Source: Ostreococcus lucimarinus
Taxonomy: Eukaryota
Direction: 5' to 3' (one strand)
DNA: 64,000 nt
Assembly: GCA_000092065.1 (NCBI GenBank)
Contig: CP000591.1
In this document: positions 18,266-27,289 of the stretch, piece after piece
How the letters are laid out: every line of letters begins with the position of its first letter
How positions within the stretch are numbered: position 1 is the stretch's first letter
Translations under genes and position numbers: made by a program
Notes under the pieces: generated by a model
What the model saw: the letters and a program-made list of their open reading frames with translations, nothing else
What the model was told of the DNA's origin: nothing
Databases searched by the model: none

Positions 18266-20215
18266 ATGCCGGACGACGACGGCGACGGCGACGACGACGG
18301 CGACGTGATAATAGTGCGCTCGAAATATTTCGCCTCCACCGCGTCGGCGTCCCCGCGCGAGCGCACCGACGCGAAAACAGTCGCGATTACCGGAACAGAC
18401 GATGACTACAAACTGTCGACGCGACACGCGACGCTGCTCGACGCCGTGGACGCGGCGTCGGTCGCGTTGGAATCCTTCTTCGCGACCGCAAAGGTGAAGA
18501 ACGCGCACGAGGCGCACGAGCGCGCGGCGCACGAGGTGTTGCGGCATTTCAGAGGGACGCTCGGGACGCTCGGGACGCCGCGAGAAGAGACGACGGACGC
18601 TTTCGATGATCCACCGGAGAAACGAACGAAGACGGAGGACGGAGAGGCGGGGAAAAAGAAAAAGGACGAAGAGATGGACGCGGAGGCGCGCGAGGACGCG
18701 ATCGGACGGGCGGGAGATGTGTTGCAAAACATGTTGCGAGAGACGCATCGTTTGCACGTCAACGCGAGCTGTCGGGTGAACACGCGAGCGCCCGAGGTGA
18801 AGCGCGCGCGGGATAATTTGACGCGCATACGACGAGAGGCGAGGGAATTGTATAAGAAGATTGATCCGCGAGGGTACGAGCGCGATCGCGAACGAGTGCG
18901 GATGATGGCTGAGGAGACGCAGGCGGCGCTGGATTTTAAAATTACGCGATTCGAGACGCCGCCGAAGGATTTGGCCGAGCTTCGCGCGAAATGCCCGGTA
19001 ATGTCCAGCACCGGATCACCGCATCACTTGTGCGCACACTTGTGCTATTACCGCGAGTACGAGCCCGCGCGGCAGATGTACGTGTTGCGATGCCGCGCCG
19101 CCGAGGCAAACGGCAACGCCGCGGCGCTAGACGGTTGGCGCGCCGAGCTCGCGGTGCGGCCCGCGGAAGATATTCCCGCCTTCAATCGCTCTCGCGCAGA
19201 CACGCGCGGCACGGCGTCGGGAGCTTGCTCGCTCAAACACTTACCGTGGATGGTGGAGTTCATAGGCCCGGGCGGCGAGCGGTTCAAGGATGGCATGGAC
19301 GTGTTGAACTTTGTCGCCGTCGAGTGCGACAAGCTTTCGTGGCCACGGGCCAGTCACGGTGGTAACGGCGTTCGTGAGGCAAGAGTGAGCGAAGACGGGT
19401 TGAACGACCAGACCGAGCTCCTACGCGCGGCGTTGTGGGACGAAGACACCGACGGTACGGCCGGAACGACGCCCGTGCGTCGAAGCTTCACGCGCATCGC
19501 GCGATGCGTCGATGAGACGCGCACGCCGTTGCGTCTCGCTCCCGATCCGCTCGCGAACGAAAACGACGAGAACGATGACGGCGAGAAAATAAATGAGTCC
19601 GTCGTTCTTGCGGCGGCAAACGCGTTCGACGACGAAACGCCGGGGCAAACGCCGACGAAAACGCCGCTCAAAGACCAACAAGGCGGCGACGCCGCCGCGT
19701 CGCCGCCCGGAAGCGGCCCCGAACCCGTCCGTCATTGGTGGGCGCCGCCATTATCGCCATTCGGTTTACTAGAAGAAATTCTCTGGCAGGACGAGTGGAA
19801 ACTTCTCGTGTCGTGCATGATGCTCAACTGTACGACGCGTTTGCAAGTCGATCGCGTGCTTTGGCGTCTCTTCCTCCTGGCGCCCACGGCGGCGGCCGCC
19901 GTCGAGCTCGGCGACACGCACGAAGGACTCGAAGCCCTCGAGCGCATCATCGCCCCGCTCGGATTACACCGCAAACGCACGAATGCGTTCGTCAAGCTCT
20001 CGCGAGACGTCGAGGCACAGCGCGCAAAGTACGGAGGTCGCATTAAAAACGTCTCCGCGTGTCACGGCGTCGGCGTCTACGCCGCCGACGCCCACGCCCT
20101 CTTCGTCGACGGCGTCCTCGCCGGTCCACCGCGCGACCACGCGCTGCGTTGGTATCACGCCTGGGCGCACGAACGTCGCGAGAACGCGGCGAAAAGCGCC
20201 CCAAAGCGCACTTAG
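18266..20215 (+). CDS. MBD4-like HhH-GPD DNA glycosylase (C-terminal domain) with a long N-terminal extension.
   Basis: True ATG at 18266. The C-terminus WAPPLSPFGLLEEILWQDEWKLLVSCMMLNCTTRLQVDRVLWRLF...LGLHRKRTNAFVKLSRDV...HGVGVYAADAHALF...HALRWYHAW parallels the MBD4 glycosylase domain ([33 protein letters not shown]...LGLYDLRAKTIVKFSDEY...HGIGKYGNDSYRIF...HKLNKYHDW). The N-terminal 430 aa is mostly low-complexity and acidic. Confidence 0.7.
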   Translation: MPDDDGDGDDDGDVIIVRSKYFASTASASPRERTDAKTVAITGTDDDYKLSTRHATLLDAVDAASVALESFFATAKVKNAHEAHERAAHEVLRHFRGTLGTLGTPREETTDAFDDPPEKRTKTEDGEAGKKKKDEEMDAEAREDAIGRAGDVLQNMLRETHRLHVNASCRVNTRAPEVKRARDNLTRIRREARELYKKIDPRGYERDRERVRMMAEETQAALDFKITRFETPPKDLAELRAKCPVMSSTGSPHHLCAHLCYYREYEPARQMYVLRCRAAEANGNAAALDGWRAELAVRPAEDIPAFNRSRADTRGTASGACSLKHLPWMVEFIGPGGERFKDGMDVLNFVAVECDKLSWPRASHGGNGVREARVSEDGLNDQTELLRAALWDEDTDGTAGTTPVRRSFTRIARCVDETRTPLRLAPDPLANENDENDDGEKINESVVLAAANAFDDETPGQTPTKTPLKDQQGGDAAASPPGSGPEPVRHWWAPPLSPFGLLEEILWQDEWKLLVSCMMLNCTTRLQVDRVLWRLFLLAPTAAAAVELGDTHEGLEALERIIAPLGLHRKRTNAFVKLSRDVEAQRAKYGGRIKNVSACHGVGVYAADAHALFVDGVLAGPPRDHALRWYHAWAHERRENAAKSAPKRT

Positions 20216-20541
20216 CACCGTTAGTCGATAGAAATGTAGAACGCGCGCCGCGCGCCGAATGTCGGCGCGAGCGACGAAGCCGAACCACTCAACGCGTCCC
20301 AATAATCCACCTCACACGACGACTCGCGCGCGCCGCGCCCGCCGCGCGACGCGCCGAGCGCTCGACGCGAAGCGAACGCACCGCGCGATCGACAGCGGTA
20401 GCTCTCTCTCCCGCGCGCGACCGCGTCGACGTTCCGCGGCGCGTGAAAGTCGCGCCAAAAATAGTTGCGCGCGACACAGAAGACGCGCTCGCGGCGCGCG
20501 CCGACGCGCGCTCGGCTCGAGATCGCGAACAGACGCTCGTG

Positions 20542-23500
20542 ATGGACGCCTCGACGCGGGCGTACGCGCCGGGAGACGACGCGATCGCGGCGGCGAGCGC
20601 GCTGAGCGAACGGTTTCAGTTGGACTCGAGGACGAGCGGCGGGCGGGGAGGATTCTTCTCGCGCGTCGCGTCGAACGTGAAACGATCGCCGGGAGGGACG
20701 TCGAGTGGGGCGTCGAGTCCCGCGAGCTCGCCCGCGGGTGGATCAGGGCGAGGGATGACGATGGCGGACGCGCTATCGGTGGACGGCGCGCTGACGACGT
20801 CGCTGTTACGTTTGACGTCGGATCAAACGAATAAAAGCGTCAAGCTGCACGCGCTGCTCGTGGTGCTCGTGAGCGATACGGATGATGTGACTGGGGAGAC
20901 GTTCGCAGCGGGGGTGCAAAAGATTGCGAAGGAGGTGATCAAACGAGAGGAGTTGGCGGACGAGATGTACTTGCAGATTATTCGGGCGACGCGCTCGGCT
21001 GCTTCGGATCGCGGGCGTCGAAAGGCGTGGGAACTCGTGCGCGTGATCGCGGCATTGTTTGCGCCGTCGCGTGATTTCATTGGCTTCGTGTCAGAGTACA
21101 TAAACGAAGTCGCCGCGCGTGGTTCGAGTGACATTCAGCCCCTCGCGCGGAGCGCCTTGCAAACGATGAAGCGAACGAGCAAGAGCGCAATGCGCCGTCA
21201 CGAACCAACGGCTGAGGAAATCATCGCGTTTGCGCGTGGTGAAAAGCTCAGAGTGGTGATAACTTTCCTCGACGGCACGTTCGAAGATTTACCGTACGAC
21301 ATGTCGACCACGGCGAAGGAAGCTGTCGTTGCGCTCGCCACGTCGATCAATCTGCAAAACTACAGCACATTTTCGTTGTTCACGGTGCGCAAGTTCTTCG
21401 GTAAAGTCGCCCCGCTCATCAAGGAAGGATTACTTTCGGAAGAACACCATGAACTAGGCGATGTCTCGTTTCTCAGCGACGCCCTCGGCGATATTCGGGC
21501 GATGAAAACGGAGTCGACGCCGAGCAAGGCGACGTCGATGCAAACTGGATTGTTGTTCAAAAAGCGTATGTTCAGAGATGCAGATGAAACCATCGACGAG
21601 ACGACCTTCGTGCTTTTGTCGTACGTACAGGCGAAGCACGATTTTATGATGGGTAATTACCCAATCTCGCGTGACGACGCGGCGTTGCTCGCGGCATTGC
21701 AAGTGCAGGCGGAGGAGGGCCCGAGACTCGGTGAAGATCAAGCCGCGCTTGGCCTTGTGTTGGCGAAGTATCTGCCGCGCACAATGTGTAATACGCGCCC
21801 CACAAAGGAGTGGACCGAACACATCGCTGGGCAACACGCCTCGATACGCGGGTTGAGTGGCGACGAAGCGCGTCAGGCGTTGTTGCGCATGATTCGATCG
21901 CTTCCATACGGCAACTCCGCGTTTTTCCGCGCCAAACGCGTCGACGATCCAATCGGTTTGCTTCCTGGCAAGCTCATGATTGGAGTCAATAAGCGAGGCG
22001 TGCACTTTTTCCGCGAGACGCCGATGGAGTACTTATACACTGCAGATTTACGGGACATCATGCAGTTTGGTTCGGCACCGCACGCCATCTTTTTTAAGAT
22101 GCGCGTCTCGGGTGCGCTCCACGTCTTTCAATTCGAAACGAGCGACGGGGAGAATATTTGCATGGCGCTTCAAACGCACATCAACGATGTGATGATGAAG
22201 AAAATGGCGGATAAGAAGGCGGCGATGATGGCGGTGGAAGCGGTGACGCCGAGCAAAAAACCCGTGAGTTCGTCGTCTGACGCAGAGCTCGCAAACGCTT
22301 CAAACAAAGCCTTTGCGAACCAGACGAAACGCGGCGACATAGATGCCTCCGACGCGCAGAAAGAAATCAAAACGCTGAATGAAAAGTTGGCCAATATGAG
22401 GAACGAGCGTGCGGAATTGCGCGCGCAACTGGACCAAGCAAACGAGGCGTTTCACGAAGCGAACGATCGATTGGAAAGCGAAAGAGCGAGTAAAGCCGAC
22501 ATCGTGGATACCATTCAGATGCTCGAGCGACAGCTCAAGGAGTCGAAAGAAGCAGCAATCGCGAGCGACAACGCGACGACAGACAAGCTCGACGACTTGA
22601 CCGCGATTCAGTTGCAAGAGCTACGAGACGAGTTGGTGATTGAAACAGAACGCGCGAGATCGACAGAGGCACAGACGCACGAGTTGCAGCAGCAAGTGGT
22701 GGTTTTGGAGCAAAAACTCAAACGCGCGGAAGCGGCGCACGCGGAAGAGTTGAAAGAAACGGCGGAGCAAAATGGTGCCGACATTAGCGAATGGCAAAAC
22801 AAATTGCACGAAGCGGACTCAAGAGCTGGCGAGCTTGAGGCGGAAATTAGGGCGCTTCGGCTTGAGTACGAAGAGCAAAAGGCGATGGTGACGAAGGAGA
22901 TGCTCGACGAGCTCGAGCAATTGCGCGAGATGAAAAACACGTTTGAGGGACAGCAAGCAACAGCTCGCGAACTCATGGCGGGCCAGACGCAAAAGATCAA
23001 AGAGTTGGAAGAAAAGTACACTTCCGAGGTGACGCTGCGTCGACGCTACTTCAACATGCTGGAGGATCTGAAGGGTAAGATTCGAGTCTACGCCAGAACG
23101 CGTCCGCTGACGGAAATCGAAACGAGTCAAAATCAACAAGCTATACTCGCGACTCCGGATGAGTTCACGTGTTCGCATCCTTGGCGAGGAGAAAAGAAGG
23201 ATCGCTCGTACGAATTTGATGAAGTTTTTCCGGCAAACTCGACGCAAGAACAAGTCTTCGAAGACACCAAGTATCTCGTTCAAAGCGCCATGGACGGATA
23301 TAACGTGTGTATTTTCGCATACGGACAAACGGGGAGTGGGAAAACGTTCACGATTTACGGCGACGATGCGAACCCGGGATTGACGCCGCGCGCTATCGCC
23401 GAAGTGATGCGGTGCGTGCATCGCGACTCAAACAAGTCCTCGGTGAAGATGGAGTGTTACATGCTCGAATTGTACAGGGACGATTTGATTGATTTACTCC

Positions 23501-24204
23501 TGCCGGTCGGAACGTCTGATGCGCCTCGCCTGGACATCAAAAAGGACAAGAAAGGGTGGGTAACGGTGCCTAACGCTACTATCGTGCCGGTGACGTCTGA
23601 AGATGAGATCATCGAGGTCATTCACACGGGTTTGAAGGTTCGCAAAACCGCCGGGACGAAGATGAATGTCGAATCGAGTCGATCGCACTTGATCTTCTCG
23701 CTCGTCATGGAGACGACAGATTTGCAAACTGGGGCTTTGACGAAAGGAAAACTATCTTTCGTGGATTTAGCCGGAAGTGAGCGCGTGAAAAAGTCGGGTG
23801 CGGAAGGCGATACGCTCAAGGAGGCGCAAGCAATCAACAAATCGCTTTCCGCGCTCGGCGACGTCATTTCCGCCTTGGCGTCCGAACAACAGCACATTCC
23901 GTACAGAAATCACAAGCTGACGATGCTCATGAGCGATTCCCTGGGTGGTAACGCAAAGACGCTGATGTTTGTGAACGTCTCCCCGACGGACGGTAACGTT
24001 GAAGAAACACAAAACTCCTTGACGTACGCCACACGTGTTCGCACCATTAAGAACGACAACGGTAAGAGCGTGGAGAGTAAGGAAGTACAACATCTGAAGC
24101 AGCAAGTCGCGCATTGGCGTCAAAAAGCGGGCGAGGTAGAAGAATCGCACGTTGACATTGAAGATGAGCGCGTGGGCTTGGACCAGTTGAGCCTCAACCA
24201 GTGA
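20542..24204 (+). CDS. KCBP: Kinesin-like calmodulin-binding protein (KCBP, kinesin-14 with MyTH4 + FERM + C-terminal motor)
   Basis: Internal ATG (aa 162) of ORF 20059..24204. An N-terminal MyTH4/FERM-like region is followed by a long coiled coil and a C-terminal kinesin motor (IFAYGQTGSGKTFTIYG P-loop, SSRSHLIF, VDLAGSERVKKSGA) with a C-terminal extension. The upstream part of the ORF is an Arg-rich shadow. Confidence 0.85.
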   Translation: MDASTRAYAPGDDAIAAASALSERFQLDSRTSGGRGGFFSRVASNVKRSPGGTSSGASSPASSPAGGSGRGMTMADALSVDGALTTSLLRLTSDQTNKSVKLHALLVVLVSDTDDVTGETFAAGVQKIAKEVIKREELADEMYLQIIRATRSAASDRGRRKAWELVRVIAALFAPSRDFIGFVSEYINEVAARGSSDIQPLARSALQTMKRTSKSAMRRHEPTAEEIIAFARGEKLRVVITFLDGTFEDLPYDMSTTAKEAVVALATSINLQNYSTFSLFTVRKFFGKVAPLIKEGLLSEEHHELGDVSFLSDALGDIRAMKTESTPSKATSMQTGLLFKKRMFRDADETIDETTFVLLSYVQAKHDFMMGNYPISRDDAALLAALQVQAEEGPRLGEDQAALGLVLAKYLPRTMCNTRPTKEWTEHIAGQHASIRGLSGDEARQALLRMIRSLPYGNSAFFRAKRVDDPIGLLPGKLMIGVNKRGVHFFRETPMEYLYTADLRDIMQFGSAPHAIFFKMRVSGALHVFQFETSDGENICMALQTHINDVMMKKMADKKAAMMAVEAVTPSKKPVSSSSDAELANASNKAFANQTKRGDIDASDAQKEIKTLNEKLANMRNERAELRAQLDQANEAFHEANDRLESERASKADIVDTIQMLERQLKESKEAAIASDNATTDKLDDLTAIQLQELRDELVIETERARSTEAQTHELQQQVVVLEQKLKRAEAAHAEELKETAEQNGADISEWQNKLHEADSRAGELEAEIRALRLEYEEQKAMVTKEMLDELEQLREMKNTFEGQQATARELMAGQTQKIKELEEKYTSEVTLRRRYFNMLEDLKGKIRVYARTRPLTEIETSQNQQAILATPDEFTCSHPWRGEKKDRSYEFDEVFPANSTQEQVFEDTKYLVQSAMDGYNVCIFAYGQTGSGKTFTIYGDDANPGLTPRAIAEVMRCVHRDSNKSSVKMECYMLELYRDDLIDLLLPVGTSDAPRLDIKKDKKGWVTVPNATIVPVTSEDEIIEVIHTGLKVRKTAGTKMNVESSRSHLIFSLVMETTDLQTGALTKGKLSFVDLAGSERVKKSGAEGDTLKEAQAINKSLSALGDVISALASEQQHIPYRNHKLTMLMSDSLGGNAKTLMFVNVSPTDGNVEETQNSLTYATRVRTIKNDNGKSVESKEVQHLKQQVAHWRQKAGEVEESHVDIEDERVGLDQLSLNQ

Positions 24205-24248
24205 TCGTCTTTGTGTTTTATAGCCCGTTCCTTGGGGAGCGTTGCAAT

Positions 24249-27053
24249 CTAATCAAACGTGAGCACGCGCGTATTATAGCTTCTACAGTGCGCGCACGCG
24301 TGGTATACAAAATGAAACTTTGCATCCGAATCCTTCGCACAGTCGTTGCACGACACCTTTTGCGTCTTTCCCCGCAGCGCCTCTGGAACGCTGTCGTCGC
24401 TCTCATCCGCTAGGATGGCGTCGAGCATTCTAAAGTACATGGAAAAGTCGCCGAGCGATTTCCGACACAAAGGACACGTGTAGTAGTGCCGCGTATACGT
24501 GGTAAAGCACGTGGCGTGCATGATATGCCCGCACGGAAGCTCCTTAACCGGTGTCTCCGACTCGGCAAGAAATTCTTTGCACACTGGACATTCGCTATCC
24601 ATGCCTCGTTCTGAGCACTCATGCTTGCCGTGCTGTAAGCTCACGCACGCGTTACACTTCATGCAATGGAAGAAGTCAACGCCCAGACCTTTACCGCGTC
24701 GACAGACGTTGCAAAACGGGCAATGATAGATGGCTTCGCTCGAGTCGTCAAACAAGTTGCACACGTTGCAGTGATACTTTGCCATCGACGTCGAGCACCC
24801 CACGCATACCTCGTTCACGGGTTGACGCTTCTTGCACTCGTTACACACCATTTCTTTCACCGCGTAGCGATTCACGGTGTGATCACTCGCGTCGTCGTGA
24901 CAAAATCTGCACGTGAAAGCTTGGTCGCAGCACGGCGCGACGATTTTGCACCGACGCTTGTAATGCTTGCAACCGTCTTTGCCGTTCTCCTCGTCTTCGT
25001 CGACGGGCTGGCACAGAATCGCAGGCGCACCCGATTTTTGTGCGCTACCCACGCTTGACAGCTCCGTCGTCTTATCTTTTTGCGCTTGCAATTGATTTCC
25101 CACGATCCATCGCGACGCGAGCAAGTTTTGAATCAAGTATGCCTTCTTCGTCGGCGCGAGCGTGTCGTCGCGATTCACCGTGCGCACGGCGTCTTCGAGC
25201 TGGATCTGATTCATGCGAAAAATATCTTCCCAACCGGGCTTGAATGTTTCCTTATCCACATCGCCAGATCGACGGCTGAGGTACGCGTGTACCTGTCGCA
25301 TGCCGTCTTGGGACGAAACCGCGGCGGTATCGGCGGCGTTCGTCTTCGTCGTCGTCGCGGACGCGTCGTCGTCGTCCATCGCCGTAGACTTCACCCAATC
25401 GTCTCCGATCGTCTGTAAGTCTTCCACCTTTCCGCTGTACCACGTGTTCATCCACTGCGCGAACCTCGTGTTTTGCGTGGCGTGTCGCATCGATGAAATC
25501 ATCCCCTCGCGCTCGTCTTCGTTGAGCGCGTTTCGCACCCAAATCAACATCGACCGTAAAACTTCCGCCCCCGTGCGTCCGATGATTTGTCCGACAATCT
25601 TTTCTTGCTCTTCAAAACTAAAGTGTTTCTCGAACAAAGGCCAAAGCTCAGCTTCTTCTTTCGCGACGTGCGTCTCCATGGACACGCGCATCGCCACGCA
25701 CGCCTGCTGAATATCGTTGACTAAACCTTCGCGAAACCCGGAATGCGCCTTCTTGTTGTTACCACCCTTTTCCTTCCCTTGACCTTCTCCCGCCGTGGAG
25801 ACGGACGAACGCATCTCCGCGATGAGCTCGACGACGTATTTCATCAGCTCCGCCTCTTGCTTGTGATCGAGCGTGTAAGAGTGCGACACGTTGTGCAACG
25901 CGCTCTTCGCCTCGAGCGCGGGAAATACGATGTCGTCTTCCGACATCGAGTGCGCCTCGTACACGCCTCGCAAGAAGACGAACCGACCGTCAATCATGCG
26001 CACCAAGCGTGCGTCCTCTTCGTCCGTTCCCGTGCTCGAAATGGCCAAGATATCGTGCTCCAACCGACGAAGCTCGTGGCGCAGCGCGTTGTGAAACTGA
26101 AAAATGTGATCGATGGGTAACTTTTGTTGCGTCGTCGTCGTCGACGTCCCCGCGCCTCCGTTCGCAGCTTGTCGTCGTCGCTTCCGCGCGGGCTCCGAAT
26201 CGTTTCGTCGCGCGTTTGACGTCGTCGCGAGTTCGCCGTCATCGTCGTCGTCGTCGCCGCCGCCCGCGCCGTCGACGAAGAGCGCTCGCAAAATCGGCGT
26301 CGATTCCGCGCGTTTCCGATGCGCCCCCCTCAGCGACCGACGCAGCGCGATCGCGGCTTCAGAATCCACCGCGCTCGCCGCCATCGCGCGTTCGAGGTCA
26401 TCGTTCACGCTCGCATCGCTGCACGTCGCCGCCCAGGCGAGCATATCGCACGCCTCCTCCGCCGACAGCGCGCCCACGAATCGCCACACCAACTCCCGCT
26501 GTTCGTCCGCGCCGACCCGCGCCTCCAACATCGGCAGCACGTGTTCGCTCTCCTTCGCCAGGTGCGCCTTCAGCGTCGTCCGCGTCGCGTGCACGATCCT
26601 CGCCGCCTTCGCCGCCGCCCCAGATTCCCCGTCTCCCGCCGCCAGCGTCTCCAGGCATCCCGTCACCTCCTCGAACAACCACTCCTCCGCCTCGTGCTCG
26701 AATTCGTACGCGTACGCCACGTTCTCGATCCTCGACGCGACGAACGGAAACAGCACCTCGTCCTCCGCGCGCGTGTGCGCCGCGTACCGCTTCGCGAACG
26801 CGCGCCACGTCCCGCACAGCGCCATCGCGTCGCCGTCCTCCGCGCGCGCGCTCGCGCCGCCGCCCTCCGCCGCGTCGTCGCGTCGCCGCGCCAACCTCGC
26901 GCACGCGTTCGCGATCGCGTCGATCGATCCCTCGAACGCGCGTCGAAACACGGTGTGAAACTTGGACGCCGCCCCCGTCGCCGGCGCGACGTCGTCCGTC
27001 GCGCGCGCGCGCGCGCGCGTCGTCGGCACCCTTCGATCGCGCGGTTTCGTCAT
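24249..27053 (-). CDS. BRUTUS/HRZ-like iron-sensing E3 ubiquitin ligase (3 hemerythrin domains + CHY + CTCHY + RING + zinc ribbon)
   Basis: Three hemerythrin-like blocks (FHTVF...VLFPFVASRIE...FEHEAEE; IFQFHNALRHEL...IVFPALEAK...LDHKQEAEL; ...HVAKEEAELWPLFEKHFSFEEQ). C-terminal CHY zinc finger (CKHYKRRCKIVAPCCDQAFTCRFCHD), CTCHY, RING (CPVCKEFL...CGHIMHATC...CPLC) and zinc ribbon. Start set at the internal ATG 27053 (aa 114); the first ATG at 27392 is the alternative. Confidence 0.8.
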   Translation of the reverse strand: MTKPRDRRVPTTRARARATDDVAPATGAASKFHTVFRRAFEGSIDAIANACARLARRRDDAAEGGGASARAEDGDAMALCGTWRAFAKRYAAHTRAEDEVLFPFVASRIENVAYAYEFEHEAEEWLFEEVTGCLETLAAGDGESGAAAKAARIVHATRTTLKAHLAKESEHVLPMLEARVGADEQRELVWRFVGALSAEEACDMLAWAATCSDASVNDDLERAMAASAVDSEAAIALRRSLRGAHRKRAESTPILRALFVDGAGGGDDDDDDGELATTSNARRNDSEPARKRRRQAANGGAGTSTTTTQQKLPIDHIFQFHNALRHELRRLEHDILAISSTGTDEEDARLVRMIDGRFVFLRGVYEAHSMSEDDIVFPALEAKSALHNVSHSYTLDHKQEAELMKYVVELIAEMRSSVSTAGEGQGKEKGGNNKKAHSGFREGLVNDIQQACVAMRVSMETHVAKEEAELWPLFEKHFSFEEQEKIVGQIIGRTGAEVLRSMLIWVRNALNEDEREGMISSMRHATQNTRFAQWMNTWYSGKVEDLQTIGDDWVKSTAMDDDDASATTTKTNAADTAAVSSQDGMRQVHAYLSRRSGDVDKETFKPGWEDIFRMNQIQLEDAVRTVNRDDTLAPTKKAYLIQNLLASRWIVGNQLQAQKDKTTELSSVGSAQKSGAPAILCQPVDEDEENGKDGCKHYKRRCKIVAPCCDQAFTCRFCHDDASDHTVNRYAVKEMVCNECKKRQPVNEVCVGCSTSMAKYHCNVCNLFDDSSEAIYHCPFCNVCRRGKGLGVDFFHCMKCNACVSLQHGKHECSERGMDSECPVCKEFLAESETPVKELPCGHIMHATCFTTYTRHYYTCPLCRKSLGDFSMYFRMLDAILADESDDSVPEALRGKTQKVSCNDCAKDSDAKFHFVYHACAHCRSYNTRVLTFD

Positions 27054-27289
27054 CGATTCGATTCGTTTCGTTTCGGCTTTTTCGCGAGTCCCGCGCGCGA
27101 TCGAGCGCTGGGCGCGATGAACGCGATGGACGCGTCGTCGTCGAGCGCGCGCCGGACGCGATGGACGCGCGCGCCGATCGGCGTCGCGCTCTGACACCGC
27201 GACCGCGTCGATGAGTGAATGATTTCGCGTCACGATTTCGCGCCGCCGACGACACACCGCGCCGCGTCGCGCGCCGCGCCGTCGCTCGC

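Noticed and set aside
16819-18366. 515-aa minus-strand ORF antisense to the 2OG oxygenase gene
   Set aside because: Arg/Val/Pro-rich with no motifs, whereas the plus strand carries a clear HxD...H oxygenase core. Shadow ORF.
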